A stretch of DNA of 64,000 nucleotides from Eledone cirrhosa (Eukaryota). Of this stretch, positions 39,611 to 52,300 are shown one piece after another. Below the pieces are notes generated by a model. The model made no database searches and was not told where the DNA came from. It saw only the letters and a program-made list of their open reading frames with translations. The translations under genes were made by a program, and so were the position numbers. Numbering within the stretch: the first letter of the stretch is position 1; each line of letters begins with the position of its first letter. The DNA lies in NCBI GenBank assembly GCA_964016885.1, contig OZ024744.1, positions 89,280,001 through 89,344,000 of the forward strand. The letters are read 5' to 3'.

Positions 39611-39944
39611 TATAATGGTTATTGAGGCGGTTTGTATAATAATATATTTTTATTTTATCATTCTGTCTGCTTCTTGGTTAAATATTTCAAACAAATGTGG
39701 TTTTTCAACCCTTGTAATATTAGACACACGGTTTACTGTGTTTCTTACTGCATATATATTATTAATCGGCTCAGTATTTTATACTTGGAGCTTAATAGTT
39801 ACAGGGTTTCAATTGGAGTTTTGACTCTAATTTTCATTTATATTTATATATATATATATATTTATATATATATTTATATGTATATATATATATTAATATG
39901 TATATATATATATTTATATGTATATATATATTTATATATATATA

Positions 39945-40005
39945 TAAATGTAAGTATGTATGTATACGTACATACATATATGTATACAGACGTACAGTAG
40001 CATGC

Positions 40006-40036
<31 letters not shown>

Positions 40037-40505
40037 CATATATATACATACAGGTACACATACATATATGTACGTATCAGCTTAGCGGACGTTTATTATA
40101 ACGCCCGCTTTGTCCGTTTGTAAACAAGCGGACAGCCTGATTTATGCCATACGGTGTTAAGGCAACCATGTCACCTTTTTGTTCAACACTGACACAGGAA
40201 CGATGTACTAGTTTCAAGCTTCTTAGCTATCATCAGCACCGTATACCCTTCTGCCAGATAGTTGAACGTTCGAAAGTATATACTTTCCTTATGAAAATTA
40301 ACGGCTGAGCAGCCTAATTTGCATATCGTGTGAGTTCAGTCGGCCAGGCGTATCGAAAACGATAAGTTGTAATATAATGAAACGAAATTTCATTTCTCAC
40401 TCTTAGTACGACACTTAAATGTATGTATATATATATATATATATGCATGCTACTGTACGTCTGTATACATATATGTATGTACGTATACATACATACTTAC
40501 ATTTA
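39945..40505 (-). mobile_element. Family A element with inversion; canonical HHR at 40200-40242(-)
   Basis: acggtg-CTGATGA-tagc taagaa gctt-GAAA-cta-GTA-catcgt. Confidence 0.83.
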
Positions 40506-40514
40506 TATATATAT

Positions 40515-41921
40515 ATCGAGACCCGGAGATTTGCGTCTGCTGCACTGGCTGAACGCTTCCCCGATTTCAGTGGCTGTGATTGGCCTTTCGCAGCACTCCG
40601 CTTCGCCGCTCGAAAGACGCGGTAGACCGTCGAGGTATGGACCGAAGTCCACATCCCCGTCCGGCCCCCCGCCCCCTCCGAACAGTCGAGCAAAGTGCCT
40701 TTGAAAGGCCTCGCACATCCGCTCAGGTTCAAGGATCACCCGTCCATCCTGGTCTCGCAAAGACCGAATGGTGGATTTAATCCCACTCTTGGCTTCTGTC
40801 ACGCGGGCCCAGCTAACAGTTTTGGTCCCCTCGTTTCCTAAAGCACGTATTTTACTTCGGACAACGCAGCCTTCGTGCTTCGCGTCAAAGAACTGGCTCA
40901 ACGCCGTTCTCGCCGCTAACACTCTGGCTACGTCTCCGCTCCTAATCGCCTCTTCTAGTTTATCTGTTAACTCCCTTTCCTTCCTATTTCTATTTGCCGC
41001 TAGTTCCTTACTGTAACCTATCGAACTTACTCTAATCTCTCTCTTTAGAGATACCCACCACCTACTGTTGACGATCGCTCCCGTCAACCGCATCTTAACT
41101 AAGCTACTAATCCGGTTTCTGTAATCTTTCTTTGTCGGTAAGGACAAGTTCATCTTCCAGTAACCGGGACCCTGTCTATGCGTTCTATCAAGGTTGACCA
41201 CGCAGGTCACTAATTTGTGATCTGAATAGCCAACCATGATCAGTTCTGGACAACTAAATACGTCCCTATCCTTACTCCTAACCAAAAACCTATCTAGGTA
41301 CGATCTAGATTGTCCACTGCGGTTTGCCCAGGTCCAGGTTGGCGCAGTTGGACAATCTAGTCGAAATCTATCGACCAGGTCGAATCGATCGAGTAACCCC
41401 TTGAGGCTGCTACACCCCCCTCTATCGGGACATGCCCCTGCATAGTCCCAACGCGCATCTAGGATTCCATTCCAGTCCCCCACTAAAAGCAGGGAACGCG
41501 ACGTTCCTAGAAAAGTCTCCAGACGCTGGAAGAAGTCGGCTCTTTCCGCCCCGAAGGGAGCATAAAGACCGACCAGTCTGAAAGCCCCGCCTTCACCGCC
41601 TCCGACGTCCAGCACCAGTAATCGACCCCCCGGGTCCGAGTGAACAATCTGTACGTCGAGAGTCAGACGTTTATCCAGCAGTACGGCAACTCCCCCCCCC
41701 CCCCGGCCTCCGGGTTGACAGAGAGATGCGTGCATCTCAAAGTCATCGAAGGCGGGCGCCAGCTGTCTCACGCTGCTGATCCGACTCTCGCAAACAACCA
41801 TCACATCTATACTTTGTGACCTGAGGTCACTTAGAAGCTTTGCTTGCTTCCAAGCTGAGCCCAGGCCACGCGCGTTCAAACAGCCAACTCTCAATTGATC
41901 TATTTTGGTGTTGAAAAGCAC
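40515..41921 (-). CDS. Tx1 ORF2 APE endonuclease domain, open until truncation by (TA)n
   Basis: 472-aa ORF with uninterrupted APE motifs. Confidence 0.8.
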
Positions 41922-43918
41922 TTACCTCTCCGGGTTGCGTAATTTCCATGGCATCAGGTGTGTTGGGTGGAGGGATGTTTTGTGGTGGTGTGGGGGTACA
42001 CGTGTGTGGTGGGGTTGGGGTATTTGGAGTTGTGTCAGGGAGAGGGGCGGTTATGGGGAAATCTTTCAAGAGGACGCGATTCAACGGTTTTAAACAGGGG
42101 GGGCTCACGTCCCGTCTAAATTGTTCTTTTAAGGAACGATAAAGGTCCAGAGGGACCTTTATCATTTTTAAATGGGTGAAGTGCTCTGTTGAGATAAAGT
42201 TTGGCCCTTCGGTCTGCACCATAGGGTTATTGTTTATTAATTTAACCAGTTTTTTGTTTTCTTTATTTATATATGTGTATTGCAACGTCTTTTTTTGTGA
42301 TGCTGTCAATGTTTCGGAGAGGGGAGGCGCAGATTTATTTTTGTTTGTTGAGGGTGGGGTGTTTTTGATTGGAGTTGGTGTTTGTGTGTGGGTTATTTGT
42401 GGTGTGCTGGGTGTGTGTTTTCTTTTTTTTCTTTTAACTTGTCTGAAGGCTTCTCCTCCTTCTTCTTCAGAAGTTGGGGGAAACTCTTCAGCGCTAGGTG
42501 GGAGGGACGTGTTGTGTGGTTGTTTTTTTTTGCGGGAGGGGTAGATTTGTTACTGTTTTTTTTATTATTTGCTTGGAATGGGTTTTGTGGTGGTGGTGGT
42601 AATGTTTGTGTCGTGCTTGTGGTTGGTGATGGTGGTGGTGATGTTTGTGTTGTGGTTGGTGGTGGTGATTTTTGTGTCGTGCTTGTATTTGGTGCTGGTG
42701 GTGGTGATGTTTGTGTTGTGTTTGTGGTTGGTGGTGTCTGTATTTTGTTTGCTGTGTGTGGTATTAGTGTATTTTTGGAGGTGGGTGGTGTTGGTGTACT
42801 GTTTGTGGTGGGTGTGGGCAATAGTCCTTTTTGGGGGATACGTTTCGGGCAGTTAGCCTTAACGTGTCCCCTTTCCATGCATAAATAGAATGCTGGTCTT
42901 CTCCCCTCTACAATTATGTCTATTGGGGTAAGGTCATCCAGCCAGATGCGATCCGGGATTTGTGCTATTCTTTCGGGCCTCATTTGGACTAGTATGTCGA
43001 GGCCCATTCCCAGGAACGCATCTCCAGTTGCCTTCCCCATTGACAGCATTGTGTCTTCGCCCATGTCTATGAAGCCAGCAATAGCCCACCAGAAGTCCAT
43101 TGTGGGCAGCATTGTTTTTACTTTTACTCTCTGTGTTCTTCTACCCATGTAGGAGGGATAGAAGCTGTATGTTGTCGATGAGAGTGGGCTTAGGGAAAGC
43201 TTCTCCGCCGTTTCCTTGTCTCTTGTTAGGACCGAAATGCTGCCATAGAGTCGGTCCTTTCGTATGAAGAGAATATTCTTCATATAGTCTTTTAGGACTA
43301 ACTCTATTTCCATTTGGCTGGGCTGTGCTGGCTTTCTTGTCTGGTTCAGTATAGTTCTGAAGAGAACTGTGTTCTCTGTTCTTTCTTTCTTGAATTCTGG
43401 GGGGGAGTTAATGGAAAACATTCCGTTCTCCCCAAAAACAATGTGTTTCTTTGCTTCGGCCAGTTTTTCTCTGGCGGCAGTTAGATCAATTGGTGTGTAT
43501 GTAATGGATTGTTTTGTTTTCTGGGCGAAAGTTGCCCTGTTGTTATTTGTATTATTTTCTGTTTGTTTGTTTTCCGTTTGCTCATTTTCCTTAACATTTG
43601 TTTTTTCATTTTCTTTGTTTGTTTCATTGTCTAATTTTGTTGTAATTATTTTTTGTTCTTCAGACTTGGGGGGCGTGGCAGAGCTAATGGTAGACATGTC
43701 TGCCATCTTTTCCGCCATGCTGCCAAGAAAGAAATTTTTCGGCAAAAATAGATATTTATTTTTACCCCCTAAAAAGGGGGTAAATGCAAAAATGTTTCCC
43801 TAAATAACAGGGGTTAGTGTTCCAAATGTGTTGCACTGAAAAATTTATCCGGTACTTACAATAGTAAGGGTAAATCCCGATGGAATAGCGGAGCCGATGT
43901 GAAGCGTGTCTTACTCTA
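40515..43918 (-). mobile_element. Tx1-clade LINE (divergent family): 5' UTR, ORF1 and ORF2 APE; 3'-truncated at KSPGLD
   Basis: ORF1 42393-43745 (EGRRP.FYLCMERGHVKANCP); ORF 40503-41921 with CLNARGL, GDWN, SYLDRF, YSDH, GPGYWKMN; 5' end abuts (GATA)n. Confidence 0.92.
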
Positions 43919-43920
43919 TC

Positions 43921-43956
<36 letters not shown>

Positions 43957-44012
43957 GACTGAGATAGAGTTTGACAGAGCTATAGATATTCTATCTATAG
44001 GTCTGTCTAACT

Positions 44013-44046
<34 letters not shown>

Positions 44047-44058
44047 CTATCTAACTAA

Positions 44059-44118
<60 letters not shown>

Positions 44119-44145
44119 ATATCTATCTATCTATCTATCTATGTC
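43921..44145. repeat. (GATA)n/(CTAT)n microsatellites
   Basis: Direct observation. Confidence 0.97.
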
Positions 44146-44594
44146 TTTCTCTCTTACTACACCTCTCACCCACTGGCGGACATCAATAAAGACCAGTAAG
44201 TCATAACGGTATTTTAGATAAGGATCTGGTGAGGAGTAAAACATCACTTGTTAGTTCTCAGGCACCACTAAGGCGACATGTCTTCGAGAGGATAATTCAA
44301 GTTCGTCACTTATTGTTCGTGTCTCTTTATTATAATATATAGAGAGTGTGTATGTCTGTGTGCGAGAGAGTATGTGAGTGAGAGAGATATGTGTGTGTGA
44401 GAGAGAGAGAGAGGGAAAGAGAGAGAGAATGTGTGTGAATGAGAGAGACAGAATGTGTTTGTATGGTTGTTAAAGAGAGAGTGAGAGAGAATGTGTGTCT
44501 GTGCATATGTGTGTGAGAGAGAAAGAGAAGGAGAGAATGTGCGTGAGTAAGAGAGACAGAATGTGTGTTTGTAAGCTTGTTGAAGAGAGAGTGA

Positions 44595-44657
<63 letters not shown>

Positions 44658-44735
44658 TGAGTGTATGTGTGTGTGTGTGACAGAGAGAGAGAGAGAGAGG
44701 GAGAGAGAATGTGAGTGTATGTGTGTGTGTGTGAC

Positions 44736-44771
<36 letters not shown>

Positions 44772-45087
44772 CGACTGAGAGAGTGAGAGAGGAATACAGA
44801 GAGAGATACAGAGAGAGAGAGATAGGGGGAGAGAGATTATGTTTTACAGCCTTTTTTACTTCAACTGCATCTGAACATTCTCAATGAGTATGTTAACATG
44901 TAGGAGTAACATAAAAAGTCGTTTAATTACCCAACAGCAATAATCCTTGTGTATGTATGTATGTATGTTTGTATGTATGTATGTTTGTATGTATGCATGT
45001 TTGTATGTATGTATATATATGTATGTATGTATCTATGTATGTATGTTTGTTTGTATGTATGTATGTAAATATGTATGTATGTTTGTA

Positions 45088-45352
45088 TGTTCTGGTTTTC
45101 TAATTTCACAAATGTTTCCCAATAGAAAGAGAGTCGGTTTCTAACATAGACACAAGACTCTCTCATTAGAATTTACACAACATCAACTAGGTAGATATGT
45201 ATGTATGTCTGCATGTGTAGATATGGATGTTATTGTATGTGTGGATGTGGATGTTTTGAGTTGTATCTGTACATGTGTATATGCAGTTATTAGATGCTAA
45301 ATATTTGGAATATTTTACATATTTTTACTGTTCCATTAATGGATTGTACTTG
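45088..45352 (-). mobile_element. 3' end of the R4/Dong-like LINE family seen at 15600-15975
   Basis: QVQSINGTVKICK..F plus homologous 3' UTR; (TACA)n on both sides. Confidence 0.85.
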
Positions 45353-45434
45353 TATGTATGTATGTATGTATATATGTTTGTATGTATGTTTGTATGGATA
45401 TATGTATGTATGTATATATGTGTGTATGTATGTC

Positions 45435-45722
45435 AGGGTGCGTGACAGACTGCATGGGGTGGGAAAGTGTAACAACAATGGTATGCTCCTGCTGCAGATG
45501 TGTGAGGAGCTGGATCTGTGTATTACCAACACCATGTTCCATCAAGAGAACAAATTTAAGACCACATGGATGCATCCTGCATCTAAGGAATGACATATTT
45601 TGGACTACGTACTTGTGAAGGTACGTGATAGACGGGATGTGCAGTGTGTTCGTGCTCTTCGTGGGGCTGAGTGCTGGACAGACCACCTCCTGGTACGTGC
45701 CTAGCAGACTGAATGCTGCTCG
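45435..45722 (+). pseudogene. RTE-type APE endonuclease fragment
   Basis: HGVGKCNNNGMLLL..LCITNTMF..TTWMHP.SKE*HILDYVLV..GAECWTDHLLV. Confidence 0.85.
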
Positions 45723-45729
45723 TATTAGA

Positions 45730-46061
45730 GACCACCACCAACAACACCACCAACAACAAGAAAAACAACACCACGACCACCAACAACAAAAACAACAACA
45801 ACACCACCACCAACAACAACAACAACACCATCACCAACAACAACACCACCACCACCACCAACAATAACACCAACAACAACAAAACCACCACCAACAACAA
45901 CAACAACACCAACAACAACAACACCACCACCACCAACAACAACAACAACAACAGCAACGACATACACCACCACCACCACCACCAATTACAACAATACCAC
46001 CACCGCAACCACCACCACTACCACCAACAACGACAACAACAACACCAACAACAACAACACC

Positions 46062-46093
<32 letters not shown>

Positions 46094-46259
46094 CACCAAC
46101 TACAACAACACCACTACCACCACTGCCAACAACAACAACAACAACAACAACACCAACTACAACACCACCACCACCAACACCACCACCACCAATACCACCA
46201 CCAACAACAACAACAACAAAACCACCAACAACAACACCCCCAACAACAACAACAACACC

Positions 46260-46305
<46 letters not shown>

Positions 46306-46682
46306 CTAACAACACCAACAACAACAACAAAGCCAAATCTACAAAACACCTCACCCCTTCTCTCCATCTTCCCATTTTTCTCCCGTAAAATTTTATCGTT
46401 TTTGTATTGTCATTTCTATTGTTTTTATATTGTTTTTGTATTGTATTGCTTTTTTTGTATTTATGTATTGTTTTTTTTAGTATTATTTTTTGTATTGAAT
46501 TTTATTTTTTCTTTATTATTTTTTTTTGTTTTGATTTTGATTTTTTTGATTTTGTTTTTATTTAAGGAAATTTAATCTAAAACATTACAATGAAAACATC
46601 AACAACAGCAACAACAGCTTCAATGCTACTACTACTACTACTACTACTACTACTATTACTACTACTACTACTACTACTAATG

Positions 46683-46715
<33 letters not shown>

Positions 46716-46725
46716 GTAGTAGTAT

Positions 46726-46769
<44 letters not shown>

Positions 46770-47007
46770 CTGCTACTACTACTACTACTGCTGTTACTAC
46801 TACTACTACTACTGCTACTACTACTACTGCTGTTGCTGCTGCTGCTTCTACTACTACTACTACTGCTGCTGCTAATACTACTACTACTGCTGCTGCTGCG
46901 GCTGTTACTACTACTACTTCTACTACTACTACTACTACTACTACTACTGCTGCTGCTGCGGCTGTTACTACTACTACTACTACTACTACTACTGCTGCTG
47001 CGGCTGT

Positions 47008-47062
<55 letters not shown>

Positions 47063-47190
47063 GCTACTACTACTACTACTACTACTACTACTGCTGTTGC
47101 TACGGCCGTTACTACTATTAACACCACCACCACCACTACTACTAATATTACTAACACCATCACCATAACTACCACCACTACTAATAATAA
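45730..47190. repeat. (CAA/CAC)n and (CTA/CTG)n triplet tracts
   Basis: 45730-46330 and 46610-47190. Confidence 0.97.
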
Positions 47191-47191
47191 T

Positions 47192-49105
47192 TGTTTCATA
47201 TATCGGCCACAAGAGCCAACATATAGGGGACAATACAATATACAAGGGCAGAGGGGGTTTACAAAAACGTAAACAATTCAAGTAACTACCATATTTCCCG
47301 GTGTTGAAGACGCTACTTTTTCCCTAAAATAAGTCTCAAAAATCTACCATGCGTCCTGGAGGCCGAAGGTTGTTTACTGTTTGTCTTTGTTTTTTTTTAA
47401 TTTTTGGTTGTCAAAATTAGGGTGCGTCCTCGAGGACGAAGCATCTTCGGCGCCGGGAAATACGGTGACAAGAAAAATACAATGAAAATTCCCCAATAGT
47501 GAGGATAACCACCCAGGGTTGATTCAGGTTCCCCACCAACCTGAACCACCCGACGCTTCGATGACATCCGGGAAGGGCACCTCCTCAAATTCACTAGCCA
47601 ACAGGTGCATGGTCAGCAAATGTATTGAGGGACAGCACTTCTCTCTCCACCCTCACTTTCCTTTCCGAGTGAAATTTGAAAAAGTTGATGAGGGATTGGC
47701 CGAAGGGAAAAGTGTTTGTCTTCAGTACTTTCAACCTGGTCCACCACACAACCTCTTTCACTACCGCCACCAGACAGAGGAAAATTGCCTGTTCTTCCTG
47801 GCCAAAAGAAGGCGGCGGGTCGATCTTCACTATGGACACGGCCGATAGCCGTATCCGTTCTACACGCGACAACAGCTATTCGACAAAACTCCACAAGTCA
47901 GTAGTGCACGTACACTGGACGAGTACGTGAGAACTGAGAGGGGCAGGTCCATCTGACAGCACTTCCGTACCTGTAGAGTTTATCTCGAACCGGAAGTGCC
48001 CCCCCCCCCCGGTAGCTCTTTCAAAGGAGGGATTTCTGGAAATTGTCCATCGTCCCCAGCTCGAAAGTCCTCCAGAACAGACTGGTCAGTTCGACTTCGA
48101 CGAGGACCAAAGCTTCTCCGCACTTGCCCACCTCTAATCCTCTATAGAACTCGAGAGTGGAAGTTCCACTAACCACATTTCCCGCCTAGTAGAGGGCAGT
48201 GAGGGCCTGGCAACATTCCAGATGCCAGTCACCCAGTCTCGGTTTCTTCTTGACCCAGGACTACAGCTCAGTCAAAGAGACGAGTTGCAAGAAGGCCCGT
48301 CTGATAAACGGCGACCACACCTGTTCAACGTTTAGGCAGAATATCTGGAGATGCCGTAGCCTCAGTGCATGGTTGCGCATCATTAGCTACGGCATGCCCA
48401 GCCTTCCACGTACAGGGTGCTGGCAGCAGATGGACCGCCTCACCAACGTAACTTGTCCTCTCCACAAGAATAGGAGCCGTTCCAGTTGGGTGAGACGCGA
48501 CCGGGGACAAGGGTCGACGATAAGGCGGTAGTAGATGACAGACGTGATGTGCGCATTCACCACCTCCGCCCGACTTTCCAGGGAGAGCTTCCTGTCGGTC
48601 TATTTCTAGGTGACAGCGGCTACCCTGTTGGCAACTTCGATCCAATTATCATCCACCTGGAGATCTGGTCCGAACCAGCAACGAGCAATTTTACCGGTCC
48701 ATCTGGTCCGAACTAAGCAACTTTACCGGTCCATCCGTCTTGCCCCCGATGACGCTGTTGGACGGCATGGACTTAACTATACGAGTGCCGACCTGAAAGC
48801 GCACCGACTTTTCCAGGCTTAGTTTTTCTCCCGTCAAACTTTCATATTCTTCCAAGAGGGCACCGACCACCTCGATTTCCGAGGTGTCCGACACCATCAC
48901 AGTGATATCGTCCGCATAATCCGACACAGCGCTTCCACGTCCCAGTTCGAGCGTTCACTGCAACAGCTCCAGCTTCCGCAGTAGAGGCTCGAGAGTCAAA
49001 ACGTACAAAAGGGAGGAGAGAGGGCACCCTTGACGAACCGATCAGATCTAAAACGGTTCCGAAAGAAGACCATTAACTTTGATCACCGATCAGATGCTGA
49101 TGTGC
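47192..49105 (-). mobile_element. Older decayed Tx1 ORF2 3' part + 3' UTR
   Basis: DYADDITVMV, LINFFKFHSERKVRVER; 3' end tatatcggccacaag adjacent to aataataat. Confidence 0.85.
47289..47465. mobile_element. Tc1/mariner-pogo-type MITE in the Tx1 3' UTR
   Basis: Imperfect TIRs ccatatttcccggtgttgaagacgc / gcatcttcggcgccgggaaatacgg; TA on the left, TG on the right. Confidence 0.75.
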
Positions 49106-49145
<40 letters not shown>

Positions 49146-49146
<1 letters not shown>

Positions 49147-49320
49147 TGTTTCTACTTTAGGCACAAGGCCAGCAATTACCCAGTACATTACTGGTACTTT
49201 ATTTTATCGACCCCGTAAGGATGAAAGGCAAAGTTAACCTCAGCGGGATTTGAACTCAAACCGTAAAGGGACGTAACTATGCTAGAAAGCATGGCGTCCA
49301 ACCCTCTACCGATACTGCCA
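49146..49320 (-). mobile_element. tRNA-derived SINE between (AAT)n tracts
   Basis: Reverse complement of the SINE A box, B box and body. Confidence 0.9.
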
Positions 49321-49330
49321 ATAATAATAA

Positions 49331-52300
49331 TGTTTTCTTTATTAACCACAAGGGTTTACATAAAGTAGACATTAAGGACAGTACAGGACAATACAGGGCG
49401 GTACAAATAAGCATTTCTGCGTGTAAAAAAACAGAGGTTGAAATAAAATAACAAAGAAAAATTCCCCAATAGGGGGGAGACTTCCGAGGGACATTTGTGG
49501 AGAAAGCCCATTAAAAGACCACAGTGGCCCTGACCACCAGGGCAAGTGCCCTCTCCCAGTTTTCCACCTTTAATTTACAGACACATACTCAGAGAAGGCC
49601 CATTCATTCGGGCCATACTTGCTTCTCTCACCCATCTTTCAACAAAATGCTGGGAAGAGAGCACTTCCCTCTCTACCCTGATTTTCCTTTTCAAATGAAA
49701 TTTGAAAAAGTTAATCAGGGCATCACCGAAGAGGTAAGTGCTCGTCTTCAGCCCTTTCAAACGTGTCCACCATACTATCTCTTTCGCCATGGCCACCAGA
49801 CAGATAAAAACTGCCTGCCCTTCCCGGCTAAAGGAAGGGGGCGGGGCAATCCTCACGATGGACTCAGCTGATAGCTGGATCCGTCCTACACGTGACAGCA
49901 AGTGTTCGACATAAACCCACAAGTCAGCAATGCTCGGACACTGGACGAGTGCGTGCAGGACGGTTTCGCTGCCCTGCGCGCATCTCGGACATGCCCGGCT
50001 GACGGCACCTCCATGCCTGTAGAGTTTATCCCGAACTGGCAAAGCTCCTCGGTAGCACTGCCAGGCCAGAGATTTCTGGAAGTTGTCCATAGGCCCCGGC
50101 CCGAAAGTCCTTCCGAAGAGATTGGCTAGTTGATTTTCGTCGACGCCTAGAGTTTCTCCAAGTACGTCGTCGCGCTTCCCCTCCACTAATCCCCTATAGA
50201 ACGCCAAGGTGGAGTTTCCACCGAACACATTGCCCGATTGGTCGAGGGCTGTGAGCGCCTGAAGACATTCCAGTCTCCAAGCGCTCCCTCTCGGTCTTCG
50301 CTTGACCCAGGACTGCAGCTCCGTCAAGGAGACGAGCTGGGGAAAAACGTGTCTAGCAAACGGCGACCACACCTGATCACCGTCGATGAAGAGGTGGAGA
50401 TGTCGTAGCCTGAGCGCGTGTTTGCGCATCATCAGCCACGGCATGCCCAGCCCTCCACGTAGCGGGTGTTGACAGCAGATGGACCGCCTGACCATCGGAG
50501 CGCGTCCCTTCCACAAGAAGCGAAAGAGCAAACGCTCCACGCAGTCAGGCGGGGCTTAGGACAAGGTACGACGGTCAGGCGGTAGTAGATGACGGATGCG
50601 ATGTACGCATTCGCCACCTCCGCTCGACCTTTCAAGGATAGCTTCCTCTCGGCCCATTTCTGGGTGAGAGAAGCCACCCTGCTCGTCACCTCGTCCCAGT
50701 TTTTGTCCGTCTGGAGGTGTGGACCGAACCAGACCCCTAGCAATTTAACCGGTCCGTCCGTCCAGCGCCCGACGACGCTGTTGGACGGCATGGACCTGCC
50801 TCTCCAGGTACCGAGCTGCAGGCCCACTGACTTTTCCTGGTTGATCATTGCTCCTGTCACCGCTTCGTATTCTCTTAGTGTAGTGCCGATCGCCTCGATG
50901 TGTTTGGCGTTCGACACCACTACGGTGACATCGTCGGCATATGCTGACACGGATCTTCCGCATCCTAGTTCGCGCGGGACCCCCCTCAACGTCTCCAGTT
51001 TGTGCAGTGATGGCTCGAGAGTCAATACGTACAATAGGGACGAGAGGGGACATCCTTGGCGGACCGAGCGCATGATGTTTAACGGTTCCGAAAGGTGACC
51101 GTTCACTCTCACTACAGAGCAGATGTCGCTGTGCATGGCAGCGATCCAGCCTCTGAAGACGGGCCCAAAGCCAGCCGCCCTCAGGACTGCCGCTAGGTAA
51201 CGATGGTCGACCCTATCGAAGGCTTTCGACTGATCTAAATTGATCAAAGACCCACCCGTGCCAGGTTCCCTAGCTAACCTCTCTACGATGTATCGAATGA
51301 GGTGGAGGTTGTCGTGGATGGATCTGTCGGGAATGGCGCATGTCTGTGCCTCTCCCACCAGACCACCAACGACAAGCGCCAACCTCTTTGCTAGCACCTT
51401 GGCCAAAATCTTGAACTCTGTGTTTGGCAGAGTTATGGGCCTAAAATTATCTATGTTATCCCCCTTGTTCGGATACTTTCTCAACAGCGCCACCGCTCCT
51501 CGGCTCACAAAGCTGGGAATCTCCCGTTCTGTTGCCAGTTGCAGTAGACGTCCGCCAAGAGGCCTCCGAACAAGTTTGGCATTTGTACGTAAAGTTCATA
51601 GGGCAGACCATCCAAACCAGGCGATTTACCCCTTGTGCAACTAGTCATTGCATCCCGTACTTCAGCGGTTGTTATCGGCTTTTCGCAAAACTCCGCCTCA
51701 GTGGCCGAAAGCCGCGGCAGTCCGTCGAGGTAGACACTAAAGTCCATCCCTCGATCCGGCCCGCCACTGCCCCCGAACAGTTGAGCGAAGTGTCGCTGAA
51801 AAGCTTCACACATTTACCCGGGATCGAGTAGCATGCGCCCGTCGTGGTCCACCAAAGACCGGATCGTGGCTTTGTTGCCACGACGCGCCTCCGCCACTCG
51901 GGCCCATTGAACGGCTTTCGTTCCCTCGTGTCTGAGAGCACGCACCCTAGCTCTGACAACGCAGCCTTCGTGCTTTGCATTGAAGAATTGGTCAAGGGCC
52001 AATTTCGCCGCAAGTACGTCGGTCGCGATGCCTTTGCTAAGCGCCTCATCTAATTTTCTAACTAATTCTCCCTCTGCTCTATTTTTCTCTATTGCTAAAG
52101 TCTTACTAAACCTAATGGACTCTATTCTAATTGCTCTTTTCAGAGCAAACCACCACTTGTTGTTGACGATGGTCCCCGTCAACGTCCGCTTAACTAGTTC
52201 GCTAATCCGGTCTCTGTAGGCCTTGCGCGTTGGTAAGGACGCGTTTAGCTTCCATTAGCCGGGTCCTCGTCTATGAAGCCTATCTAAGTCAAGCATACAG

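Noticed and set aside
44190-44300. CTGGTGA motif as a hammerhead
   Set aside because: No GAAA or stem III after the putative stem II
45583-47281. Poly-Q/H, poly-S, poly-L and poly-V ORFs
   Set aside because: Triplet microsatellites with no flanking coding context
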